Below are positions 47,371-55,992 of a stretch of DNA of 64,000 bases, piece after piece. A model generated the notes under the pieces. It saw only the letters and a list, made by a program, of their open reading frames with translations, was not told where the DNA came from and did not search any database. The first letter of the stretch is position 1, and each line of letters opens with the position of its first letter. This DNA is from a virus (taxonomy: Duplodnaviria > Caudoviricetes), in IMG/VR virus record IMGVR_UViG_3300009108_000480. One strand, written 5' to 3'. The position numbers were made by a program, and so were the translations under genes.

Positions 47371-48333
47371 ATGAATTTCTTAATACTAACTCCTGACGGC
47401 GTCGGTTCTACCATTTTACAAAGACTTTTAACAATGACATTTTCGTTAGAGAACGTTAATGCCGTTAATACCCACGAATTAACTAACAGAATACTATTAG
47501 AAGATAATATTGCTGTACATGATAAAAGATTTATAGGTTCACGATGGAAACAAATGTATGCACAATCGTTGCCCGAAATAGAAAGTATTATAAGACAATC
47601 TTCAAAAGATACAAATATTATAAGCAGAGTTGCCAAATATCATTTAGATAATAGATCAGAACATTTAGGAGAATCTAAAGAACTTGTTACTAATTTTTAT
47701 AAATTTTTAAATGAAGTATACGATAAAAAAATAATGTGCGTAAGAAATAATATTTTTGAATACGCATTGAGTTGGAGTATACGAGAGGAATCTGGAATAT
47801 TAAATGTATATAATAGAGATGACAAACAAAAAGTATTTAAAGTTAAATCGGTTAAAGAAGATTTTTTCGAAAAAAAATGTCAACAATACCTTAATTATAC
47901 GTACTGGGTAAAAGATAACTTTCCTGATGTTATTGAAATTGCTTATGAGGATGTAATTACTAATTCCGACAAAATATTAGAACAACTAACTGGATTTAAA
48001 AATACATATAAAAATAACTTTAAACTAGAATTATCGAGAATTTTAAAAATTGAATACGAAACATTTAACGCTCTCATGACTAGCAAAAAACTAACCAAAT
48101 ATACCAATAAAGAATTAGGTGCGTTAGTACAATATAAAAGATATACAAAAAAACTAGTAGACGAAAACAAAATAATGAACCAACCAATTAAAAACACTAC
48201 ACTATACGATAAGCGAAGACAAATTAAAAATTTTAATAACTGTCTAAGAAAATTCGAGTCTTTTGCTAAAAATCATAACTGGATTGATACTTCTAATGCA
48301 ACATATGATTTTTGGCATGATAAAAAATTATAA
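47371..48333 (+). CDS. Sulfotransferase-like P-loop protein
   Basis: LILTPDGVGSTILQRLL, CVRNNIFEYALSW, IAYED; start moved to ATG 47371 behind TAAATA (47360-47365). Confidence 0.55.
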   Translation: MNFLILTPDGVGSTILQRLLTMTFSLENVNAVNTHELTNRILLEDNIAVHDKRFIGSRWKQMYAQSLPEIESIIRQSSKDTNIISRVAKYHLDNRSEHLGESKELVTNFYKFLNEVYDKKIMCVRNNIFEYALSWSIREESGILNVYNRDDKQKVFKVKSVKEDFFEKKCQQYLNYTYWVKDNFPDVIEIAYEDVITNSDKILEQLTGFKNTYKNNFKLELSRILKIEYETFNALMTSKKLTKYTNKELGALVQYKRYTKKLVDENKIMNQPIKNTTLYDKRRQIKNFNNCLRKFESFAKNHNWIDTSNATYDFWHDKKL

Positions 48334-49118
48334 TGAAAAACCGATTTAGTATAGACAATTACAAAGACCCTTTTAGGGTAGCAACTAAAGTTAATTATAG
48401 TGGAGAGTACTCTAGTACAGACGATCCTAAACATACCAAAGAATTTCATGCAAGACATCTTGAACATTTTAACAACTATCCTAAAAAAGTTTATTACCAA
48501 TATAATTCGAAAGGCTTTAGGGATAATGAATGGCCTGATGATTTATCTAATGTTATATGGTGCGTTGGTGATAGTTTTACATTAGGTTGTGGACAACCAC
48601 AAAACGAATCTTGGCCTGCATTACTGGAAAAAATTACTAATAAAAGATGTATAAATTTAGGACAGGATGGTGCCAGTAATGATACTATTGCCCTTAGAGT
48701 ACAAGCAATTGAAAAAACATATAACCCTAAACTAATAGTAATAATGTGGTCTTATCTTCATAGACGAAGAGTCAATGGCATAGATCAATTACATGATAAA
48801 AACGATTTTGGGGATAACGCCGATATTAAAAACTTTTTAAAGAACTATGAAGCAGTGAATTCACTACCAACAAAAATAATACATCTAGCAATACCTCTTT
48901 CTACATATAACGATATTAACGAGGAGAATAGACAATCTGAAAAAACAGCTTATGATAATGAGATTTCAGAAACAATTAAAAAGAAAATATTATTTTTAAT
49001 GAAAAACAATGTAACTGAAGTAAAACAATTAGATTTTAGTCGTGATGGACGACATTTTGATATTAAAACTAGTTTGGGTGTAGCACACTTAATTAACAAA
49101 AAAATTAATGATAGATAA
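48333..49118 (+). CDS. SGNH/GDSL hydrolase-like protein
   Basis: CVGDSFT block I, NLGQDGASN block II, DGRH block V. Confidence 0.7.
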   Translation: MKNRFSIDNYKDPFRVATKVNYSGEYSSTDDPKHTKEFHARHLEHFNNYPKKVYYQYNSKGFRDNEWPDDLSNVIWCVGDSFTLGCGQPQNESWPALLEKITNKRCINLGQDGASNDTIALRVQAIEKTYNPKLIVIMWSYLHRRRVNGIDQLHDKNDFGDNADIKNFLKNYEAVNSLPTKIIHLAIPLSTYNDINEENRQSEKTAYDNEISETIKKKILFLMKNNVTEVKQLDFSRDGRHFDIKTSLGVAHLINKKINDR

Positions 49119-49836
49119 ACCACAAATTTTTATAATGTATGGATCTGGAATGTTTGGAACATTTATAGCTGGACTATTTTCTCATCATCCAGATGCCAAC
49201 ATAGTTCTATCAGAAGAAATTGAAGGAGATGAATATAAACTTAATGCACATCATAGTTATAAAAAACAAATAAATTTATTTCACAACGAAAATGATTACG
49301 AAAAAATTAGTAATATGAACAACAATGAACTGTCAAAATTTTTTGATCAATTTAATAAAAAAAATATTGGTATACATAGAATGGCAACTTATGATTTTGC
49401 TACATTACCTTATGAAAAATACTTTAAAAATTATGTAAAAATCCTAGTAATTTGTAAAGAAAAAGAAAGACTAAAATATGCACGAAGACACGTAGAAGTT
49501 GGAGGATATCATCCTCGAGTTTACCTTGAATTTTGGTATAAACAAATTAAAAAACCTATTAAGGAATTACCAGAATACTTTATAAAAGGTATGAATATAA
49601 AACAACGATGTAAATTTATCGAAGAAGAAACAAATCGGTATTTAAAAAAAGATATATTTGATCCTAAACACGACATAATGTTTGATCCTGATAACGTACA
49701 ATATGTAAACAAGTTGCAAAAATTAGTCAATGATAGTTGTAAAATATTAAATATTAAAACTTTTAATTTACCAAAACAAAAAATTGAAAAATTTATAGAA
49801 AAAAATAAAATATACTTTGACAAAACATTGAAATAA
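49108..49836 (+). CDS. Hypothetical protein (degenerate sulfotransferase-like N-terminus)
   Basis: IFIMYGSGMFGTFIAGL. Confidence 0.45.
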   Translation: MIDKPQIFIMYGSGMFGTFIAGLFSHHPDANIVLSEEIEGDEYKLNAHHSYKKQINLFHNENDYEKISNMNNNELSKFFDQFNKKNIGIHRMATYDFATLPYEKYFKNYVKILVICKEKERLKYARRHVEVGGYHPRVYLEFWYKQIKKPIKELPEYFIKGMNIKQRCKFIEEETNRYLKKDIFDPKHDIMFDPDNVQYVNKLQKLVNDSCKILNIKTFNLPKQKIEKFIEKNKIYFDKTLK

Positions 49837-49845
49837 TTATATAAT
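49817..49845 (+). promoter_or_regulatory. Consensus sigma70 promoter
   Basis: TTGACA (49817-49822), 17 nt, TATAAT (49840-49845); ATG 6 nt later. Confidence 0.85.
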
Positions 49846-49851
49846 AACACT

Positions 49852-50241
49852 ATGTCGAATATAGCAGGAAAAATTTGGGGATCTACAGAACTTATCCTAG
49901 CAAATAGTTCACTTGAATTTCACAGAATAGATTTTAAAAAAGGTGGTGTGTGTTCTAAGCACAAACACAAATACAAATGGAATGGTTTTTATTGTATGTC
50001 GGGAAAAATGAAAATCCGCATATGGCAAACAGCATATGATCTAGTTGATGAAACAATATTAGAACCCGGAAATTTTACCGCAGTTAAACCTGGACTATAC
50101 CATTCCTTTGAGGGTTTACAAGATGGAGTTGCTTTTGAATTATATTGGGCAAATTTTGATCACAGCGATATTGAAAGAGAATCTGTAGGCCATCTTAAAG
50201 AAAGAGACAACGTGGTTAGACTCGACAAGAAGAAAAGATAA
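49852..50241 (+). CDS. Cupin-domain protein
   Basis: CSKHKHKYKWNGFYCMSG, VKPGLYHSF. Confidence 0.75.
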   Translation: MSNIAGKIWGSTELILANSSLEFHRIDFKKGGVCSKHKHKYKWNGFYCMSGKMKIRIWQTAYDLVDETILEPGNFTAVKPGLYHSFEGLQDGVAFELYWANFDHSDIERESVGHLKERDNVVRLDKKKR

Positions 50242-50348
50242 TGTCTGATGAAATGGAAAAGAAAATTAATGGTAATTGGACCATTAAAGAAATAATAGAA
50301 GCCATGAAAACATTATGTCCAGAAGCCTGGATTGACCAATCTAAATAA
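50241..50348 (+). CDS. 35-aa hypothetical protein (not in ORF track)
   Basis: TAATG coupling; MSDEMEKKINGNWTIKEIIEAMKTLCPEAWIDQSK. Confidence 0.45.
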   Translation: MSDEMEKKINGNWTIKEIIEAMKTLCPEAWIDQSK

Positions 50349-50360
50349 TTATAGTATAAT
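50332..50360 (+). promoter_or_regulatory. Sigma70-type promoter of queE
   Basis: TTGACC (50332-50337), 17 nt, TATAAT (50355-50360); ATG 5 nt later. Confidence 0.75.
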
Positions 50361-50365
50361 ATAAT

Positions 50366-51253
50366 ATGGAGAAAATTAGGTACTCTGAAATATTTAGAAG
50401 CATACAAGGTGAGGGTCGTTTTGCAGGCGTACCAAGTGTATTTTTTAGAACATTTGGTTGTAATTTTCACTGTCATGGATTTGGACAAGGCAGAGATAAA
50501 AGCAAATGGCTTAAACCAGAAGAAATGCCATATGCTACAATGGATCTTACAAATATTAAACACGTTAAAGACTTACCAGTAGTAGACATTGGTTGTGATG
50601 CTAGTGCCAGTTGGGCGGCAAGATACAAACATCTTGTAGATTGGGATCCGGTTGATGTTATTGCTAAAAAAATATTAAGTCATACACCAGAAGGCAAGTG
50701 GATTTCTTCTACCGGACAAGACATACATCTTGTTATAACAGGTGGCGAACCCTTAATGTGGCAAAGACAATTAGAAGCATTAATAAGACAACCTGAATTT
50801 CGTTTCATAAAAAATATTACATTTGAAACTAATTGTACACAACCATGGAAAGATAATTTTGACAAATTTATGCACGGTTTAACTGCTGGTGATTATACAA
50901 AACATCCAGTTCACGTAACTTGGTCTACATCACCTAAACTATCTATATCAGGAGAGCATTGGGCAAAAGCAATACGTCCTGAAGTTGCTTACCAATATTC
51001 ACAAATACCAAACACACATTTATACTTTAAATTTGTGGTAATGGATGAACAAGATATAGAAGAAGTTGATTTAGCAAGAAAGGCTTTTTCTGACAAAGGA
51101 ATAGAAGCTGACATATATCTTATGCCACTAGGAGCAACGTTAGAAGGACAGGCAAAAACTGGTAGACAAGTAGCGGAAATTTGTTTAAAATATGGATATA
51201 AGTTTTCGCCAAGATTACACGTAGATTTGTTTGGTAATAAATGGGGAACTTAA
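50366..51253 (+). CDS. queE: 7-carboxy-7-deazaguanine synthase (radical SAM)
   Basis: YSEIFRSIQGEG...GVPSVFFR..GCN, VITGGEP, FETN, SPKL, KFVV, IYLMP, SPRLH. Confidence 0.92.
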   Translation: MEKIRYSEIFRSIQGEGRFAGVPSVFFRTFGCNFHCHGFGQGRDKSKWLKPEEMPYATMDLTNIKHVKDLPVVDIGCDASASWAARYKHLVDWDPVDVIAKKILSHTPEGKWISSTGQDIHLVITGGEPLMWQRQLEALIRQPEFRFIKNITFETNCTQPWKDNFDKFMHGLTAGDYTKHPVHVTWSTSPKLSISGEHWAKAIRPEVAYQYSQIPNTHLYFKFVVMDEQDIEEVDLARKAFSDKGIEADIYLMPLGATLEGQAKTGRQVAEICLKYGYKFSPRLHVDLFGNKWGT

Positions 51254-51266
51254 CAAGGAGAATAAC

Positions 51267-51317
51267 ATGGAAATTATAATAGTAGTAGCAGTAGTTTTAT
51301 TATTAGGTATATTTTAA
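51267..51317 (+). CDS. 16-aa hydrophobic microprotein (not in ORF track)
   Basis: AAGGAG RBS; MEIIIVVAVVLLLGIF. Confidence 0.45.
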   Translation: MEIIIVVAVVLLLGIF

Positions 51318-51319
51318 TA

Positions 51320-51640
51320 ATGAAAATAAAAAAGACAACAAAATCAAAAGCTAAGAAAACTAAAACTCAAGGCAAAAGCGAGGAACCTTGGGTTAAGGTT
51401 CTAAACATGAATGTTAATCCAGAAAATCCAAGAAATGGTTTTTTTGAATTGGATTGGAATAAAGAATTTGTCAATAATTTACAACAACATGGATATCAAG
51501 GGGATAGCGAAGAACAAATAGTCGACAAATGGTTTCAAACTCTCTGTAGAACAATCGGCAACGAACAAGGTATTGATGTTTCAGGATCTGGTTATGTTCA
51601 AATAAACAGAAGAGACGACGGAAAAACGGAAGTTTCTTAA
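51320..51640 (+). CDS. Hypothetical phage protein
   Basis: Coupled ORF. Confidence 0.6.
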   Translation: MKIKKTTKSKAKKTKTQGKSEEPWVKVLNMNVNPENPRNGFFELDWNKEFVNNLQQHGYQGDSEEQIVDKWFQTLCRTIGNEQGIDVSGSGYVQINRRDDGKTEVS

Positions 51641-51642
51641 AC

Positions 51643-52629
51643 ATGACTCATATATTAATAGACACGGCAAATACTTTTTTCCGTGCTAGGCACGTTATTC
51701 GTGGTGATACTAGCGAGAAAATAGGTATGGCTATTCATATTACTATGAATTCTATTAAAAAAGCATGGGCAGATTTTAATGGTTCTCATCTTATATTTTG
51801 TTTAGAAGGACGTAGTTGGCGTAAGGATCATTACGCACCTTATAAAAGAAATAGAAAAGAAACATTTGAAGCAATGAGTGATAAAGAAAAAGAAGAAAAT
51901 AAAATATTTTGGGAGTGCTATGATGACCTTACTAATTTTATTAAAACAAAAACAAATGCAACAGTATTACAAAACTCACGTGCCGAAGCAGACGATTTAA
52001 TTGCACGTTGGATAGATAAACATCCAAACGATAAACACGTTATTTTAAGCACTGATAAAGATTTAAATCAACTTGTAAAAGAAAATGTTAAACAATACAA
52101 TGGGATTACAGAAACAACTATTACACACAAAGGATGGTTTGACAACAAAGGCAACAAAATAATAGATAAAAAAACTGAATTACCTAAAGATGCACCGGAT
52201 ATAGAATGGATAATATTTGAAAAATCTATGAGGGGTGATCCTTCCGATAATATTTTTAGTGCATATCCGGGTGTAAGAACAAAAGGTACTAAAAACAAAA
52301 TAGGATTAAAAGAAGCATTTGGAGATAGACAAGCAAAAGGTTATACATGGAATAATTTAATGCTAACAAAATGGGTAGATCATGAAGGAAAAGAACACAG
52401 AGTTATGGACGATTATGAAAGAAATAAATTATTAGTTGATTTACACGCACAACCAGAAGCTATTGTAGAAGAACTTGATCAAACGATTGCACAGGCTAAG
52501 GCAGAAAATAAAAGTGTAGAACAAGTTGGAATCAGATTCATGAGGTTCTGTGCCAAGTATGATTTAAATAAAATTAGTGAACAGGCTCAATTGTATGTGG
52601 AGCCATTTAATGCGAGGTTAAGTGCATGA
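51643..52629 (+). CDS. T4 RNase H-like 5'-3' exonuclease (FEN-like)
   Basis: ILIDTAN, W R..Y.PYK.NR, EADDLIA, STDKD, GD.SDNI. Confidence 0.9.
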   Translation: MTHILIDTANTFFRARHVIRGDTSEKIGMAIHITMNSIKKAWADFNGSHLIFCLEGRSWRKDHYAPYKRNRKETFEAMSDKEKEENKIFWECYDDLTNFIKTKTNATVLQNSRAEADDLIARWIDKHPNDKHVILSTDKDLNQLVKENVKQYNGITETTITHKGWFDNKGNKIIDKKTELPKDAPDIEWIIFEKSMRGDPSDNIFSAYPGVRTKGTKNKIGLKEAFGDRQAKGYTWNNLMLTKWVDHEGKEHRVMDDYERNKLLVDLHAQPEAIVEELDQTIAQAKAENKSVEQVGIRFMRFCAKYDLNKISEQAQLYVEPFNARLSA

Positions 52630-53156
52630 CAGTAAGAGCGAAAACACTTGTTAAAGATAAATTTTGGATAGTTGAGCAAAACGGCCAAAAATTAGGAACC
52701 CTGCAAAAAAAAGAAGATGATGGTTGGATCTTCTTAAGCAAACAAGATAAAAGACAAGTTTATCATACACAAGAAAGCCTGTTCACAAAGTTTGGATTTA
52801 ATATTTTTGAAAACAATCAATCTGTACCTAAAGAAATAAAAGAACAAGAAAAATTTGTAAACAAATGGGACGTAAAACACGCAGAAAACTTTGAGGTTCA
52901 CGGATATCCTTGTTCACAAAAACCTTATAATCCATTATGGAACGTACAAAAAGGATTACCTTTATATACAAAAACACCTAAATCTAAAAGTATGTTTTGT
53001 GCAGGCTATTATATTGTAAAATTTGAAACTGTAAATTGGCGTAAAGCATATTGTCCAAAAATAATTACATTACAACGATATCCTTACAAAGGACCAATTA
53101 AATCAAAAACAGAAATGGTTGCACAATTAAATGAAGCACTCAAAAATTCAGACTAA
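52626..53156 (+). CDS. Hypothetical phage protein
   Basis: Coupled ORF. Confidence 0.6.
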   Translation: MTVRAKTLVKDKFWIVEQNGQKLGTLQKKEDDGWIFLSKQDKRQVYHTQESLFTKFGFNIFENNQSVPKEIKEQEKFVNKWDVKHAENFEVHGYPCSQKPYNPLWNVQKGLPLYTKTPKSKSMFCAGYYIVKFETVNWRKAYCPKIITLQRYPYKGPIKSKTEMVAQLNEALKNSD

Positions 53157-53382
53157 ACCAATTGAAAATTTACTAGGTAGAATACGTACTCTACGTCAAA
53201 AGGGAACCAGTGATATTCGTATAACTGCTCGAGAGGCTGATCAATTAGCAGATTCCTTAACACAAGTAATGACTAGACTTGTTACAATACAAGAAGAAAT
53301 AATTGAAGCATTAAAAACTGCTCAAGAGGCCAAAACTATCAATATCGAAATGGATGGTGGTACCTTTGATAGCAAAAAATAA
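53131..53382 (+). CDS. Hypothetical protein
   Basis: Coupled ORF ending MDGGTF. Confidence 0.55.
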   Translation: MKHSKIQTKPIENLLGRIRTLRQKGTSDIRITAREADQLADSLTQVMTRLVTIQEEIIEALKTAQEAKTINIEMDGGTFDSKK

Positions 53383-53905
53383 AAAAATTACAATAATAAA
53401 ACCTACTGCTTTATACAAGTGGGCAAAAAATTTTAAAAGAATTCAAGATAAATTCTACGACAACAAATATAAATTAAGAAGATTACAACAAATTGAAGAT
53501 TTTATTACTTTAAATAATTATAAACAAATACATCATATTGAAGAAGTACATTTAGATATTAATATTCCAACTGTAAAATTTGTAGACAATATTAAACAAG
53601 CAGAACTATTACTGGTCACACACCAAGGATACTCAAGATACCCTTGTACGGGCATTATAGAGCAAATAAACACCTGGTTAAACAACTGTGATAACATTTA
53701 TTTGTGTTTAAACAGACATTATCTTAACATTGATAACAAAAAAATACCCTTAAAACTACCTACTGACTACCAACAAGCAATAACAAGTTGGCTAAAACAA
53801 TCATTGCCAAACAATACAGTTGTAGATTTAAGCAAAAACTATACTGACTATGGTTTAAATTTTACTTGGAGTGTTCCTGATCGACATTACTTTATAAGCA
53901 AATGA
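53354..53905 (+). CDS. Hypothetical protein
   Basis: Coupled ORF. Confidence 0.55.
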   Translation: MVVPLIAKNKKITIIKPTALYKWAKNFKRIQDKFYDNKYKLRRLQQIEDFITLNNYKQIHHIEEVHLDINIPTVKFVDNIKQAELLLVTHQGYSRYPCTGIIEQINTWLNNCDNIYLCLNRHYLNIDNKKIPLKLPTDYQQAITSWLKQSLPNNTVVDLSKNYTDYGLNFTWSVPDRHYFISK

Positions 53906-54579
53906 AAAAATTAATAGAACATTTTACTGATTATCCTATGATTAATACTGATCAACACAATTATAGAAGATATCGTATGGGTAGACTTAAACATGAATTA
54001 TGGTTAAGAAATCGTAAAAACAAAAACAAAATAATAATAGATGAATATGACAAATTTATTATTGATAAATTACAAAAAGGCAAAACTTGTATATTTGGTA
54101 GTGCTGGATATTACTTAGAAGAACTAATTCCTAATCTTACAGTTATCGAACAATGGCCAATTGTCAAAACATTTTATCCAAAAGCACAAATAATAAATGA
54201 CAGGTCTGAAATAGCAAAAATTAACGGTAGAATATTTGATAATTTTATTGTCATAAACAATAGAGGAGATATTTGGTGTGAACTTTCGGTTGTTGAGAAC
54301 CATATTTCTAAATATGTAAAAGCTATGAAACCTAATTGTTTATTTTTTTATAGTTTTAGAGACACACAAATTGTTGACTGGAATCGTTTAACTATTGATC
54401 ATAAAGTATACTTTGAAACTTTTGCAAAACATATTGAAAAAACATATAACCTAAAATTACTATGGAAAAATATTAAATTCATAACTAAAATAAAAGATGG
54501 AAATGGCAATTATGATATACTTGAAAATCCAGATACAACAAACGGCAACATAAAGTTTTTATTCCAATACAATGCATAA
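53902..54579 (+). CDS. Hypothetical protein, possibly degenerate methyltransferase fold
   Basis: TCIFGSAGYY loop; weak. Confidence 0.4.
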   Translation: MKKLIEHFTDYPMINTDQHNYRRYRMGRLKHELWLRNRKNKNKIIIDEYDKFIIDKLQKGKTCIFGSAGYYLEELIPNLTVIEQWPIVKTFYPKAQIINDRSEIAKINGRIFDNFIVINNRGDIWCELSVVENHISKYVKAMKPNCLFFYSFRDTQIVDWNRLTIDHKVYFETFAKHIEKTYNLKLLWKNIKFITKIKDGNGNYDILENPDTTNGNIKFLFQYNA

Positions 54580-55153
54580 TATAATTTTATTTCGTGGTGG
54601 TATGTGTGGTGATTTAATACTAGGTATGATTAACAAAGATTACCTACATACACATGGACCAACTGAAATTGAGGATTCTGTTTGCAACCAATATAAAATT
54701 AAAACAGATCGTCAAATAATGAAGAAATTTTTTAGATATTCTAATGAAGAAAAAGAAGAATACTTTAAAAAATTTGAAAATAATGACTCCGAATATACAT
54801 TGTCACACGATACAGATTTTTGCCTTACAAAAAAGAAAAATACCATACAAATTATTTGTTCAGATAGCTCTATGTTTCAAAAATGTGCTACCCGTTTTGA
54901 AAAAAAACATCGTGACATAGTAATTGAAGAAGCAAAAAAATATATTGAAAATACTGCCAACACATTCGTTGAAAATTATGCGAACAGTTTACAACAATGG
55001 CAAGATACTTTTAAATTTTCTAATACATTTGACATTAAAAACATCGGTACAAGTCAATTTCCTGACGACGTGTTTAATAACTTTCAAATCAAAGACAAAA
55101 CCTGGTCGTTGCAAATTTATAACACATGGTTGAATAAGCCTATAAATCTTTAA
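54572..55153 (+). CDS. Hypothetical protein (degenerate sulfotransferase-like N-terminus)
   Basis: IILFRGGMCGDLILGMI. Confidence 0.45.
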   Translation: MHNIILFRGGMCGDLILGMINKDYLHTHGPTEIEDSVCNQYKIKTDRQIMKKFFRYSNEEKEEYFKKFENNDSEYTLSHDTDFCLTKKKNTIQIICSDSSMFQKCATRFEKKHRDIVIEEAKKYIENTANTFVENYANSLQQWQDTFKFSNTFDIKNIGTSQFPDDVFNNFQIKDKTWSLQIYNTWLNKPINL

Positions 55154-55206
55154 CTAACTTTTGTTTTTCGTCCATTAATAGTTTCTGGTAAATACAACTA
55201 GTAATT

Positions 55207-55494
55207 ATGAGCAGACCGAAACCAACAGTCTTACTTCAGTACTCCAATAAGGAAACATATAAATTGGACGAAGTTCTTGCGGCAGAAGGTATATGGGCCG
55301 TGTTTTATGACGGTAAACCTATTAATTTAAAATCATCTAGTTTGGTTGCTAATTACCCAGGACCTAAGTACAAAAAAGTTTCATTTTCAAATCCAGGACA
55401 CGCAGAAAACTTGGTTAAAAAACTTAATACCATGCATAAGACAGACAAGTTTGCGGTGTATCTTTTAAAAACAGGCGACAAATTCACTAGATAA
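55207..55494 (+). CDS. Hypothetical phage protein
   Basis: MSRPKPTVLL; TAAATA at 55189-55194. Confidence 0.65.
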   Translation: MSRPKPTVLLQYSNKETYKLDEVLAAEGIWAVFYDGKPINLKSSSLVANYPGPKYKKVSFSNPGHAENLVKKLNTMHKTDKFAVYLLKTGDKFTR

Positions 55495-55502
55495 TTAAGT
55501 GT

Positions 55503-55898
55503 ATGGACGTAAAGACGGCATACACTCGAACCTTCCTAATGCTCAAGGAAGAACCGTTGCACGAAGAAAGTATTAAGACTGCATACTTCACTTGGTGGCA
55601 AAATGTCCGTGAATCTTACCAAGCACGTTCATTAAGACTTACAAAAATAGGCTATGAATGGATACAATCCTTAGATATTAAAGTTTACGAAATTAAATTT
55701 CCAGCAAAAATTATATTCACTCCACAAACCTTTCTTTGGTTGGATGAATTCGTGGATTGTCCGTATTATGTAGATAAAAAACAAATAGTAGTAACCATGG
55801 AAAAAATGGCATTACAGCTCATGATGTTTGCTGGAGATGTCACAAAATACGGGTTAGCACGGGCAATGAGCAAGGCAGATGAGCAAAAAACCCAATAA
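55503..55898 (+). CDS. Hypothetical phage protein
   Basis: Clean ORF. Confidence 0.6.
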   Translation: MDVKTAYTRTFLMLKEEPLHEESIKTAYFTWWQNVRESYQARSLRLTKIGYEWIQSLDIKVYEIKFPAKIIFTPQTFLWLDEFVDCPYYVDKKQIVVTMEKMALQLMMFAGDVTKYGLARAMSKADEQKTQ

Positions 55899-55928
55899 AA
55901 TAGCGACTTTTTAGCCATAATTACCAGG

Positions 55929-55956
55929 TTGACGCATTATAATAGTATGTTATTAT
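55929..55956 (+). promoter_or_regulatory. Sigma70-type promoter of MoxR-vWA operon
   Basis: TTGACG (55929-55934), TGt-TATTAT (55951-55956); GAGGAG RBS. Confidence 0.65.
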
Positions 55957-55992
55957 AGTATTATAACAATTAAACGAGGAGCTATAGACAAA

